The notes: a model not told the origin generated them from the sequence alone. Numbered from the stretch's first letter, positions 9,149-18,546 are shown. The stretch: 35,067 bases of DNA from Fibrobacteria bacterium (GCA_043732185.1 JAYTHY010000051.1:1-35067), one strand, 5' to 3'. Numbers and translations are program-made.

Positions 9149-9739
9149 ATGAGTAAATTGAATTGGAAAAATTTCAGGACAACTGCGGCGGCGATAGCTA
9201 TAGCAGCGTCCATTTCTCATGGAGCCGTGGCTACGGTAGGTGGTAACGTGCAGGTGACCAATCTTCTCAACAGCAATGCTCAGTTGGGTTTGGATTTGAC
9301 ATCAGCCGGTACGCTTATCGAAATCGCCAATTTTACCATCACTCAGAATACTACCTCATATGACTTGACAATGGTGTTTGCAAATGGAGGTCGGTTTCTG
9401 CGTGTGGGCGGCGGCGGCACGGCTGGTGAGCGTATTGATATGACGGCGCTTACCATCAACCCAATTAGTGGTACTTTAGGCACCAGCATTGCAGCACTAA
9501 ATCCAGCTTCAGCGGTTACCCTTGCTGGTCCAACTCCTTGGACTACTGTAACTGGTGGATTGCTTACTGGTGCTCTCGTACCAGGTACGTCGCAATCCAT
9601 TACGTGGAATCCTGCCAATCAGATCACCCCGACTGTCGGCTATATATTGTCGCTACGGGCATCGTGGGCAGCAGGCACAAACGTGATGTCCGGGTTGTAT
9701 ACGGAAACGATCACTGCCACACTAACTGCGACGCTTTGA
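9149..9739 (+). CDS. Chaperone-usher pathway major pilin-like subunit, copy 1
   Basis: Strong SD (TAAGGAG), 25-aa signal peptide, beta-rich 171-aa mature part, C-terminal GLYTETITATLT motif typical of CU pilins; lies upstream of chaperone and usher. Confidence 0.82.
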   Translation: MSKLNWKNFRTTAAAIAIAASISHGAVATVGGNVQVTNLLNSNAQLGLDLTSAGTLIEIANFTITQNTTSYDLTMVFANGGRFLRVGGGGTAGERIDMTALTINPISGTLGTSIAALNPASAVTLAGPTPWTTVTGGLLTGALVPGTSQSITWNPANQITPTVGYILSLRASWAAGTNVMSGLYTETITATLTATL

Positions 9740-9781
9740 TTCTGCCTAACGCGTGATTTTTAAAAATGAAAGGAATTTAGT

Positions 9782-10372
9782 ATGGGCAACTTGACTTTGA
9801 AAAGGTTAAGAAATTCAACTCTGGCTTTGGCTATTGCAGCTTCTCTATCCCATGGTGCAGTGGCTACTGTCGGAGGTAACGTACAGGTGACTAATCTGCT
9901 GAACAGCAATGCTCAGTTGGGTTTGGATCTGACATCGGCTGGTACACTTATTGAGATTGCAAATTTCACTATCACTCAAAATACCACGTCATATGATTTG
10001 ACAATGGTGTTTGCCAATGGTGGACGGTTTCTCCGTGTGGGTGGTGGTGGCACGGCCGGTGAGCGAATTGATATGACGGCACTTACCATCAATCCCATTA
10101 GTGGAACTTTGGGCACCAACGTTGTGGCCCTAAATCCTGCTTCTGCAGTTGGACTTACGGGTCCAACTCCTTGGACTACGGTAACGGCAGGTCTGCTAAC
10201 TGGCGCACTTGTTCCAGGTACCTCGCAATCCATTACGTGGAACCCTGCCGATCAAATTACTCCAACGGTCGGTTATATATTATCGTTGCGGGCATCGTGG
10301 GCAGCAGGCACAAACGTAATGTCCGGCTTGTATACCGAAACGATTACTGCCACCTTAACAGCCACCCTTTAA
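9782..10372 (+). CDS. Chaperone-usher pathway major pilin-like subunit, copy 2
   Basis: Same length as copy 1; the mature region differs at only 7 residues; SD AAGGA. Confidence 0.82.
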   Translation: MGNLTLKRLRNSTLALAIAASLSHGAVATVGGNVQVTNLLNSNAQLGLDLTSAGTLIEIANFTITQNTTSYDLTMVFANGGRFLRVGGGGTAGERIDMTALTINPISGTLGTNVVALNPASAVGLTGPTPWTTVTAGLLTGALVPGTSQSITWNPADQITPTVGYILSLRASWAAGTNVMSGLYTETITATLTATL

Positions 10373-10404
10373 GCACTTTTTAGTCGGCTTTTATGGGTTT
10401 TTTA

Positions 10405-10440
10405 AAAAGGGAGGGGTCTTTCCCCTTCCTTTTACATTTT
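10405..10440 (+). terminator. Intrinsic terminator / attenuator after the major pilins
   Basis: Stem AAAAGGGAGGGG, loop TCTTT, stem CCCCTTCCTTTT, followed by ACATTTT. Confidence 0.75.
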
Positions 10441-10444
10441 TCAA

Positions 10445-10978
10445 ATGATAAAATTTAAAACGATGGTCAAGAGAATTGGATTTAGATGGAGACCCAAATG
10501 GGGGGGGTGGGGTCCGTGCTGCCTGCTTGCCTTCATGCCGATACAAGCCGCGGTTGGAGATAACACTGTAAACTCACTGCAATGTCAGGGCGTCTTTGGC
10601 ATAGTTTTTAATCAGGCTGCTGTAGCACAACAATTGGCTGTTTATTTGATCAACAACGACTATACTAACGCGTTTGACGTAACTTTTCATTTCGCTAATA
10701 AGGGAAAGTTTAAAAGTGGAAGCAATGAGATTGCAATCTCTTCTATAATATTAAACAAGCTTTCCGGCACACTGGGCGCGGGTCTAACAAATCCAGCTAC
10801 AAATCTTGCAGTGACACTGGATGGATCCGGCGACTGGATTTGGAACCCTGGAACGACTCAGACCACCGAGACTACTTTACTACTTCTAGAACTCAAAGCA
10901 AGCTGGCCAGATGGTTCCAATTCCATGGCCGGTTTTTATTCGGAGACCATAACTGCCACAATTTCAGTGGGTTTGTAA
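10445..10978 (+). CDS. Minor pilin-like subunit (divergent paralog of the two major pilins)
   Basis: Shares FANxGxF, SGTLG, WNP, LxASW and GxYxETITAT with the major pilins; atypical signal peptide; start could be 10463. Confidence 0.75.
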   Translation: MIKFKTMVKRIGFRWRPKWGGWGPCCLLAFMPIQAAVGDNTVNSLQCQGVFGIVFNQAAVAQQLAVYLINNDYTNAFDVTFHFANKGKFKSGSNEIAISSIILNKLSGTLGAGLTNPATNLAVTLDGSGDWIWNPGTTQTTETTLLLLELKASWPDGSNSMAGFYSETITATISVGL

Positions 10979-11012
10979 AATTTTGGAGACATAAATTCTT
11001 TCAGGAGTCCTT

Positions 11013-11819
11013 ATGACAAGGCTGTATTTGGGTTTAATGGTCGGATGCCTTTTGGTAGTCCGCAGCTGGGCGGTTAGTTTTTCATTGGATACATGGATAA
11101 TCACCCTCGAGCCGGATTTAAAAAAGTCCAGTCAAGTGATCACGCTCAAATATGTCGGAAGTGAATTTAGCGGGCCCAAATCTGCTGCAAAATCCCTCTT
11201 GCCTATACCTGTGGAGTTTTCCATCTACCCACGTTTCATTGATTTGGATGGCAAGGTCACTTATGATACATCCAAGGGAGCACCCGAATTCATGATCTAC
11301 CCTTCTCAGGTCATCTTATATCCTGGGGATATTCAAAAGATTCAGATCCAATGGATATCTGATAAACCTCTTACCAAAGAAATAATTTTTGGACTCATTG
11401 CCCTCCAGGTGCCAGTAAACCTTGAAGGCAATGCCAAAGACTTAAAAACACCGCAAGGCGGTGTGACTATTTTGACACGGTATGAGGGAATAATTGTGGT
11501 TAGGCCAAAAGGTACAAGGGCGGAAGTCGTTGTTGATACTCTTTATCCAATAATCGATAGCGTCGGCAACGCCACTTTGGTCATGCTTCTTAAAAATAAT
11601 GGTACCGGTATGCAATTGACTAAAAATATGCGGTTGACTGTTGCGCCTTTGGATGCCAACGGTCGTATCATCCTAAAAGATAAAATCAATTTCGTCCCCG
11701 AATTGAGCTACACTGCCACTAAGCACGCGCTTTTTGCAGGCCAAACTCGGCGTTACATGCTGCCGTGGCCAAAACAAATTCCTGTGGGCCGCATTCAGGT
11801 CATTCCTGAATTCCCATAA
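11013..11819 (+). CDS. Periplasmic pilus assembly chaperone (PapD/FimC/CsuC-like)
   Basis: SD AGGAG, signal peptide ending SWA, and motifs IYPSQVILYPGDIQKIQIQW, QVPV, RYEGIIVVRP, LKNNGT. Confidence 0.85.
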   Translation: MTRLYLGLMVGCLLVVRSWAVSFSLDTWIITLEPDLKKSSQVITLKYVGSEFSGPKSAAKSLLPIPVEFSIYPRFIDLDGKVTYDTSKGAPEFMIYPSQVILYPGDIQKIQIQWISDKPLTKEIIFGLIALQVPVNLEGNAKDLKTPQGGVTILTRYEGIIVVRPKGTRAEVVVDTLYPIIDSVGNATLVMLLKNNGTGMQLTKNMRLTVAPLDANGRIILKDKINFVPELSYTATKHALFAGQTRRYMLPWPKQIPVGRIQVIPEFP

Positions 11820-12021
11820 TTATTTTTCCTAATTTCAATTCATAATAGAGTTAGCACTCTAAAAACATCCCTGAATTGTAATGCCCCTTTGGCTTGATTG
11901 AGAACTTGCTGCAATGGTAAAATATCATTGTCTATTGCGAAGTTTTCGATTTAATTGATTTTTGACATTAAGTTTGGGTTCCCTTTTTTTTAAAGCAGAG
12001 CTCGCATTGTTTGAAAAGAAT

Positions 12022-15000
12022 ATGTTAAAAACCTTACACCTTTTAGGATTCCTTATCGGCATTTTTGTGTCGCCTTTTCTTCAAGCTGCCGATTCTGGAT
12101 TTCGTCAAGTCGATGCGACTCTAATTGTGAATGGCAAGGCAAAAGGACTAATGCTATTGGAGTGGTTTCCGGGAAAAGGTCCATTCCATTTTCCTGGTCC
12201 CTTGGTTCTCATGGCACTATCTGATCTTGTTCCCCCTCGGTTGATACTGGAACTTGATTCTAAACTTTCCTCGGCAGGATTTCTGACCAGCGACGATTTG
12301 CGTCAACTTGGTATTGGTGTAGAATATTCAAAGGTAAAATCCGAATTGCAGCTTTCCTACAAGGGTATTAAGGGGATATCTAAGTTGGTAACCGGAGATC
12401 CAAATTTACCAGAAACAAAATCCGGTCCTGAGAAATTATCTCCTTCCGCGTATAGGCAAGATACTATGAAGGCGACTTTAAACGATTCTTTGGATTTTCA
12501 GGTTCCTTTTTCGCAACCACCTGAACTCGTTACGAGCAAATTAGCCCATACCCCGAAGGAAGTTGAAAATCATATAGGTCTAAACCCAGTGCCCAACCCA
12601 GTGCCCAACCCAGTGCCAGCGCCTGACGCATTTGTTTCAAAGTCTAAATCGGTGCCAAATGCGGCACTGGCCCCCGCGACACCATTAACGGAATCAAAAG
12701 TACTCCCTGCAACTCCAATGGCCTCATCACAGGTAGTTGAAAAATCCGATGCAGCATCCCCTAAGTCCGTTGACACTTTATCTGAAAAACCAATAATGTC
12801 GACTTATTCCTATCCGGAATCCAGAGATGCACTTTTTAAATCGGTTTTTAAATCACAACCCCCTCCAATACCCGTAGATGTGGAGGTTTCCCTCCTGGTT
12901 GATGGGAACATTTGGGGGAAGGTTTGGATCAAGTTGACTGCACAAAAAGATGAGTTTTTTGTTTCTATGGATAAAATAAATTTGGCCTTGGAAGGTAGAG
13001 TATCCTCTGAAAATTTAAAAAATCTTGCTTTAACTAAAACTAAGGATGGCGTGGTGTCTGGAAAATCGATTTTGGCCCAAGGAATTGTACCTACTTTGAA
13101 GGCGAATGAATTCGAGTTGAATTTGCAATTGCCTAGCCAACTGCTCGCCACTCAAACACATAATCTCAGCAGCAGTGGTGACACCTTTGATCCGGCCGAT
13201 TATGATCAGCCAGCTTTTATTTCTGGGTATATCAATAGTCGCATAAAGCAGCTTTTACAATACCGTGAAATATCACCCAATGCTACAGTGAGCCAGACAT
13301 TTGCCTCAGCATACTTGAAGGGCAAAAACGATCACTTTCGACCGCCTTGGGTTTTGGATTTTAATGGAGCGATAAATATAAAAGGCGTGGTACTAGAAAG
13401 TCGGGCAACTTATGTTGAGCCTCAGGAGAATATACCATCGGAATTAGTGAGAAACGATATTCGTGTGGTTTATGATCAACCTAGTCAGGCTATACGATAT
13501 ACCGCGGGTGATTTGCTTTTTCCTACTTCCGGGTACCAAACTGTTCTTAAAATGGGGGGCATCGGAGCCGCACGTGATTTTAGTTTGCAGCCGAATTTAA
13601 TAGTATATCCTACCAAAGATTATGAATTCTATTTAGAAAATCAAGCAGAGGTTAGAATTTACGTAAACGCTACGCTGATCCGTACTTTGATTTTGGAAGC
13701 AGGCTCGCATAATTTGCAAGGAATTCCAATGTCTATGGGAGAAAGTGAAATAAAAATTGAAATATTGGATGCTACAGGGCGTACACAGACAGTGGTCTTC
13801 AATTTTATCCATGAAACGTCCTTGCTGGCCAAAGGTCGCTCGATATTTTCCGGAAATTTTGGATTTCCAGGTCAACTTTATCCTCTGCAGGATAATTGGA
13901 GTATTGTAAATGCGGATTTTGATTTTCTTGGATACCGTTACACGATAGATAAATTAATCACCGCTCTTGCGTACCAGAGAGGATTGACCGATGTATTGAC
14001 TGCCGGCGTTTATTCCCAAACATTGAACCAGGATGGTTTGATAGGCCTTAATTTAACTCGGGCTTTTTCGATTGGAACAATGAACGCAGAAGCCGCCCTA
14101 AGTCAGACGGATTCTATAGGAATAGATTTTGGGTTGAATGTCAGTTATGCTAATGTGCCTAGGCCAACGGAGACAAATAATCCCATTAGCTGGCGGGTTA
14201 AAGGGGAATATATTGGAGAAAACTTTTCCCGTATCCAACCTGTAATTACTAGAAGTACCCAGGCTTGGATTTTTTCATTTGGACTTGGAAAAAATCTGGA
14301 TATTATTGATGTAAATCTCGGGGGAGGCTACAGTATAAATAGGGGCAGAAAAAATGTTTATAATGCTTCCTTTGGCGCCCATAAGAATTTATCCAAAGGC
14401 TTTTCTGGGAATATGATAATCAACCATTTTTTTGATCAAAATGACATCGCCAATACCACCTTTACAGCGGTCTTTGCATATAATTTTTCCAGTGGCATCA
14501 ATAACTTTAGTGCGGGTCAGCGGTTTTTGACTCATCCGCCCGAGGCTTCGGATACAATTTCCGCTGCTGTCACTGCACAACCAGAAAAGTGGGATAACTC
14601 AACCGATATAACATGGGACTATAATAGTTCCGCTCCCTTTCCGGATAACCCAAAGGTTACCGGGAGTGTCAGTCTTGCACCTACCTATAACGACTATAGT
14701 ATCCGTACTGGCTTTCGAGGTAATCAGGGAATGCTGGAAATAAATGGACGTCGAAACGAGCCAGGAAAAAATTATGGAAACATAGTTGAGAATCAATTGG
14801 AGTTCGTCGGCCAATCATCCTTGGTATTTGTAAACGGGAGTTTTGGAATATCGAGACCGGTACAAAACGGTTTTCTACTTGCTAAAGGGGTGAAAAACTT
14901 AAAGCATACCAATATTACCATCAACCAGTTTGAAATCGGATATGATGCGCAATCGAATTTATTGGGTCCCGCTGTTCTGCCTTCCCTTTTTCCCTATTCC

Positions 15001-15384
15001 GCCAAAACTATTCGAATCAGTACCATTGATGCGCCGCTGGGATCGTCCGTGGAAAAAAGCATTTTTTATCTGTACCCTCGCTATATGAGCGGCTTTTTGA
15101 TCAAGGTAGGTACGGATGGCGATGTTATTGCAATGGGGACTTTCAGTGACAGGGTGGGAAAGCCTTTGGAGTATAAGGTCTTAAATTTATACTCTATTGA
15201 CGATTCAAAGGTGGAACCGCTAAAAGCCTTTACCAATGCTTCTGGTCGGTTTCAGTTTCCATCTATGAAACCAGGTAAGTGGCGCTTGGAAGCCGTTGAT
15301 TTGGGTTCCACCACCTTCGTTATTCCAAAAGATATAATTGGTATTTACCAACTCGGGGAATTGAAACTGGACCCACTTAAATAA
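12022..15384 (+). CDS. Fimbrial outer-membrane usher with duplicated N-terminal domain
   Basis: Signal peptide from ATG 12022 (the track's TTG 11962 is probably too early). Usher motifs: RYTAGDL, MGGIGAARDFSLQP, plug-like AEVRIYVN...GSHNL..IPMSMGESEIKIEILDATG, C-terminal FTNASGRF. Confidence 0.88.
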   Translation: MLKTLHLLGFLIGIFVSPFLQAADSGFRQVDATLIVNGKAKGLMLLEWFPGKGPFHFPGPLVLMALSDLVPPRLILELDSKLSSAGFLTSDDLRQLGIGVEYSKVKSELQLSYKGIKGISKLVTGDPNLPETKSGPEKLSPSAYRQDTMKATLNDSLDFQVPFSQPPELVTSKLAHTPKEVENHIGLNPVPNPVPNPVPAPDAFVSKSKSVPNAALAPATPLTESKVLPATPMASSQVVEKSDAASPKSVDTLSEKPIMSTYSYPESRDALFKSVFKSQPPPIPVDVEVSLLVDGNIWGKVWIKLTAQKDEFFVSMDKINLALEGRVSSENLKNLALTKTKDGVVSGKSILAQGIVPTLKANEFELNLQLPSQLLATQTHNLSSSGDTFDPADYDQPAFISGYINSRIKQLLQYREISPNATVSQTFASAYLKGKNDHFRPPWVLDFNGAINIKGVVLESRATYVEPQENIPSELVRNDIRVVYDQPSQAIRYTAGDLLFPTSGYQTVLKMGGIGAARDFSLQPNLIVYPTKDYEFYLENQAEVRIYVNATLIRTLILEAGSHNLQGIPMSMGESEIKIEILDATGRTQTVVFNFIHETSLLAKGRSIFSGNFGFPGQLYPLQDNWSIVNADFDFLGYRYTIDKLITALAYQRGLTDVLTAGVYSQTLNQDGLIGLNLTRAFSIGTMNAEAALSQTDSIGIDFGLNVSYANVPRPTETNNPISWRVKGEYIGENFSRIQPVITRSTQAWIFSFGLGKNLDIIDVNLGGGYSINRGRKNVYNASFGAHKNLSKGFSGNMIINHFFDQNDIANTTFTAVFAYNFSSGINNFSAGQRFLTHPPEASDTISAAVTAQPEKWDNSTDITWDYNSSAPFPDNPKVTGSVSLAPTYNDYSIRTGFRGNQGMLEINGRRNEPGKNYGNIVENQLEFVGQSSLVFVNGSFGISRPVQNGFLLAKGVKNLKHTNITINQFEIGYDAQSNLLGPAVLPSLFPYSAKTIRISTIDAPLGSSVEKSIFYLYPRYMSGFLIKVGTDGDVIAMGTFSDRVGKPLEYKVLNLYSIDDSKVEPLKAFTNASGRFQFPSMKPGKWRLEAVDLGSTTFVIPKDIIGIYQLGELKLDPLK
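12583..12617 (+). repeat. 12-bp in-frame tandem repeat (AACCCAGTGCCC x~3, encoding NPVP) in the usher linker
   Basis: Directly visible in the sequence. Confidence 0.9.
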
Positions 15385-15413
15385 TCCGTAGGTGTGATTG
15401 CCGGGTCGGGGAA

Positions 15414-15489
15414 TGGCGTTCCCAAGGGGAGTCGAACCCCTGTCGGCGCCGTGAAAGGGCGCTGTCCTAGGCCACTAGACGATGGGAAC
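15414..15489 (-). tRNA. tRNA-Glu (TTC)
   Basis: The reverse complement GTTCCCATCGTCTAGTGGCCTAGGACAGCGCCC-TTTCAC-GGCGCCGACAGGGGTTCGACTCCCCTTGGGAACGCCA folds as a 76-nt cloverleaf with encoded CCA. Confidence 0.97.
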
Positions 15490-15577
15490 TAAACCCGACC
15501 GGCCGAAGGATACCTAAACCTCAGGGCTTAGGAATCCTTGCGGAGAGGTTGCAAAGGTAATTCAAAAAGCAGTTTTT

Positions 15578-17506
15578 TCAAGTCTCCGGCACATAGGCGC
15601 GTCCTTCCACAAATATCTTGAACAACTCGGAGTCAATTTTCCCCCCTTTGACTTCGAGTCCAATGATTTCCAAGGCTTTTTCCGTAGGCATGGCCTTTTT
15701 ATAGGGTCGGTCCGAAGCCGCTAAGGCATCGAACATATCGCAAATGGTCATGATTTGGGCTGGCAAGGGGATGGTGTCACCTTTAAGCTGACGGGGATAG
15801 CCGGAACCGTCCAGTTTTTCATGATGGGAAAAGGCGATCATGGCTACCTGGCGCAGGTCCTGGGTCCAAGGAATTTTGGATAGAAATTTATAGGTATGGG
15901 AGACATGGGAGTTGATTTCCACCCTTTCCGTTTCGCTCAGGGTCCCCGAAGGGATGAGCAGCCGGGACAATTCTTCGGACCTTAAAAAGGGTTCCTGTGT
16001 CCCGTCTATTCCCAGGTAGGTATGATTGCCGATGCTTTCCAGGATTTGCAGCATTGCAGAATCGAGACGCGACGGTTCGTTAGCCTTAATAATATGGGAA
16101 TGGCACATGTCGATGCGCGACAGTTTTTCTTTTTCCTCCTCTTCCAGTTTATTCAGCGCGAATTCTATTTCTTCGCGTTGGCCAGTAGAGAGTACATTCA
16201 CCTTAGCCACTGCCGTTTCCCAGTGGATGGTTCTTTTGATAAAGTCCGATCGTTCGCGAATACGATCCATTTCTTCCGGGAAAAGCTTTTTGGCTTTAGT
16301 GAGGATATGCTCCCGCACGCCGATTTTTCCAAAGTCATGCAGTAGGGCGGCGTAGCGCATTTCGCGCATCTGTGGTTCCGTAAGGCGCACTTCCCGAAAC
16401 TTGCCAGTGTTTTCCCGTCCCACGCAATCTGCCAGGCGGACACAATAGGCTGCCACACGATTGGAATGTCCCGAAGTAGTTGGGTCTCGGGATTCAATCG
16501 CACTGACACTGGCGTTGATGAAACCTTCGAAAAGTGCCTGTATATCGAGTTCGTATTGGGCATTGAGCAATGCAACAGATGCTTGTGACGCCAGGGAGAG
16601 GGAGAGGTTGACGTCTTCCAGTCGGTAGGCCACAACCTGTTCATCAGCCGCTTCGATGGACGTGATGGGCCGGTTTTTAAATCGACATTTGTTGATGAGC
16701 TGGATGGCGCCCACTACCTGATTGTGATGATCCAGCATCGGTAGGGTCAGCATGGAACGCGTTCGATATCCGGAAGCTTTGTCAAAGCCGGCATTGTGTT
16801 TGAATTTGGCTGCGGGATCAATTCCATAGACATCGGGAATATTCAGGGCTTGGTTTTCCAGCATGGAAAAGCCAATGATGGAGGCATGATTCGCTTCCAT
16901 CACAATTTCAGAAAAATCGTATGCGACGGATGCATTGCGGGTCAGCTTGAAGCGGATGCGTTTGTCGGCCCAGTAGTCTCCTTTTCCCTCCAATGCGCCG
17001 GGGTTGGTCTCCACCAGAAAAAGGCAACTGGCGTCGCTGCCAGTCAGCTCCATGGCCTTGTCGAGAATCAAACTGAGCAAGGTATCGAGATTTTTCTCTG
17101 ACATCAATGCCACGCCAATCTTATTCAGTTGACGGTTTCTGGCTTCGGTAATGGCGTTGGTATTATGTAGGGTCAGACATTTTTCCTTAAGCTCCAAAAG
17201 GCGGACCATATGCTGACAGGCCAAAGCTATTTCAGTTGGTGTAGGCTGGGCTGAAAGACAGATATCGACCCATTTAGGCACGGCGGTTTCCTCGTCGCCC
17301 TGTGGATTCCAATAAAGTGTCCCGACATGCTGGAAGAGGAATTCAAAGTCCATTTCTTTGGCGAGCGAATCCGGTCCAATGACTAGAATACTGAAGGGAT
17401 AAATATCCTTTAAGTTTTTGGAGGAGCTATAGGTAAATCTTTGTCCTGACAGGAGCTTTTCGGGAAATTGGAGGGCCGTAAAATTATGGATTAAAATGGG
17501 AGGCAA
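15578..17506 (-). CDS. GAF + HD-GYP domain cyclic di-GMP phosphodiesterase
   Basis: GAF motifs (FDKASGYRTRSMLTLPM, GAIQLINK) and HD-GYP motifs (GHSNRVA, LHDFGK, HHEKLDGSGYP, DMFDAL, RPYK). TTG 17506 follows GGAGGTG; the alternative start is GTG 17554. Confidence 0.92.
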   Translation of the reverse strand: MPPILIHNFTALQFPEKLLSGQRFTYSSSKNLKDIYPFSILVIGPDSLAKEMDFEFLFQHVGTLYWNPQGDEETAVPKWVDICLSAQPTPTEIALACQHMVRLLELKEKCLTLHNTNAITEARNRQLNKIGVALMSEKNLDTLLSLILDKAMELTGSDASCLFLVETNPGALEGKGDYWADKRIRFKLTRNASVAYDFSEIVMEANHASIIGFSMLENQALNIPDVYGIDPAAKFKHNAGFDKASGYRTRSMLTLPMLDHHNQVVGAIQLINKCRFKNRPITSIEAADEQVVAYRLEDVNLSLSLASQASVALLNAQYELDIQALFEGFINASVSAIESRDPTTSGHSNRVAAYCVRLADCVGRENTGKFREVRLTEPQMREMRYAALLHDFGKIGVREHILTKAKKLFPEEMDRIRERSDFIKRTIHWETAVAKVNVLSTGQREEIEFALNKLEEEEKEKLSRIDMCHSHIIKANEPSRLDSAMLQILESIGNHTYLGIDGTQEPFLRSEELSRLLIPSGTLSETERVEINSHVSHTYKFLSKIPWTQDLRQVAMIAFSHHEKLDGSGYPRQLKGDTIPLPAQIMTICDMFDALAASDRPYKKAMPTEKALEIIGLEVKGGKIDSELFKIFVEGRAYVPET

Positions 17507-17766
17507 TTCTGATTCACCTCCGCCTTTGGCGTTTTGAGATTGGAAAAGGGGCACGCTGGATTATATCCATTCTCTAGGCCGGTTTCAGCTAGGGTTTCCA
17601 TTGTGCCATTGTCCTTTTACTGTTGGATGGGCGACGGATCCGGATCAATACTCTATAATGGACGGTTAGGCTCCATTCACGAATTGTCAAATGGGCTTTA
17701 TCTTTGGCAAAAAGTATTTTACACTGTAATCAATGAATTCTAATTCTGGGTTCGGGTAGCTACGCC

Positions 17767-18495
17767 ATGAAATACGGTATTTATTCGGATATCCACAGTA
17801 ATTTAGAAGCGCTTGAAAAAGTGCTTGAATCCATGGAGTCCATGGGTGTTGATCGACGGATCTGCCTGGGCGATGCGGTGGGCTACGGAGCCAATCCGAA
17901 CGAATGCGTTAACCTGATTAAAAATATGAGCGCCGTGACCCTCCTCGGCAACCATGATTCAGTTGCCCTTGGTCGTGAGTCTTCGGAAAATTTTAATTTT
18001 TACGCCCGTAAGGCCATTGAATGGACCAAGGAAAATCTGGACTTGGCTTCAACGGAATTCCTCGACAAACTTCCCTATGTGGTTGATGAACCACCCCTGA
18101 CCTTTGTACATGCCAGCCCGCGTTCACCCGTGGATTGGTATTATATAACCAGCTTTGATGATGCCATTGACGCCTTCTCCTTCTTTAGTGAGAAGATCTG
18201 TTTTGTCGGCCACACCCATATTCCGTCCATTGTCATCATGGAAAACGAGCAGTCCTTTTGGGTATCGGAAACGCTGTCCCATAAAGTTTTGGCCAACCAA
18301 AGGGTTCTGGTCAATGTGGGCAGTGTCGGGCAACCTCGCGATCGTTTGCCTCAGGCGAGTTGGTGCCTATGTGACACGGCAACTATGTCGTTGGAAATCG
18401 TTCGTGTCAATTACGATATCCCCAAAACCCAGGAGCGCATGCGCCGTTTGGGTTTTGCAGAGTTCCTGATCAACCGGCTGGCCGAAGGTCGTTAG
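17767..18495 (+). CDS. Calcineurin-like metallophosphoesterase (MJ0912/YfcE-like)
   Basis: DIHSN, GDAVGYG, GNHD, GHTH, NVGSVGQPRD motifs. Confidence 0.93.
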   Translation: MKYGIYSDIHSNLEALEKVLESMESMGVDRRICLGDAVGYGANPNECVNLIKNMSAVTLLGNHDSVALGRESSENFNFYARKAIEWTKENLDLASTEFLDKLPYVVDEPPLTFVHASPRSPVDWYYITSFDDAIDAFSFFSEKICFVGHTHIPSIVIMENEQSFWVSETLSHKVLANQRVLVNVGSVGQPRDRLPQASWCLCDTATMSLEIVRVNYDIPKTQERMRRLGFAEFLINRLAEGR

Positions 18496-18546
18496 CTGGC
18501 TTCAATTAAACGCAAGGCCAGCCCATCGGGATTTAAAAGCACCGAT

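Noticed and set aside
9149..10372. Pilin duplication as an assembly artefact or DGR template/variable pair
   Set aside because: The copies differ at many synonymous sites of all base types and both are intact genes; there is no reverse transcriptase in the window.
11851..11877. TTAGCACTC, a CIRCE (HrcA) half-site upstream of the usher
   Set aside because: The second arm GAGTGCTAA is absent after the 9-nt spacer; only a short local palindrome (tagagt-tagc-actcta) is present.
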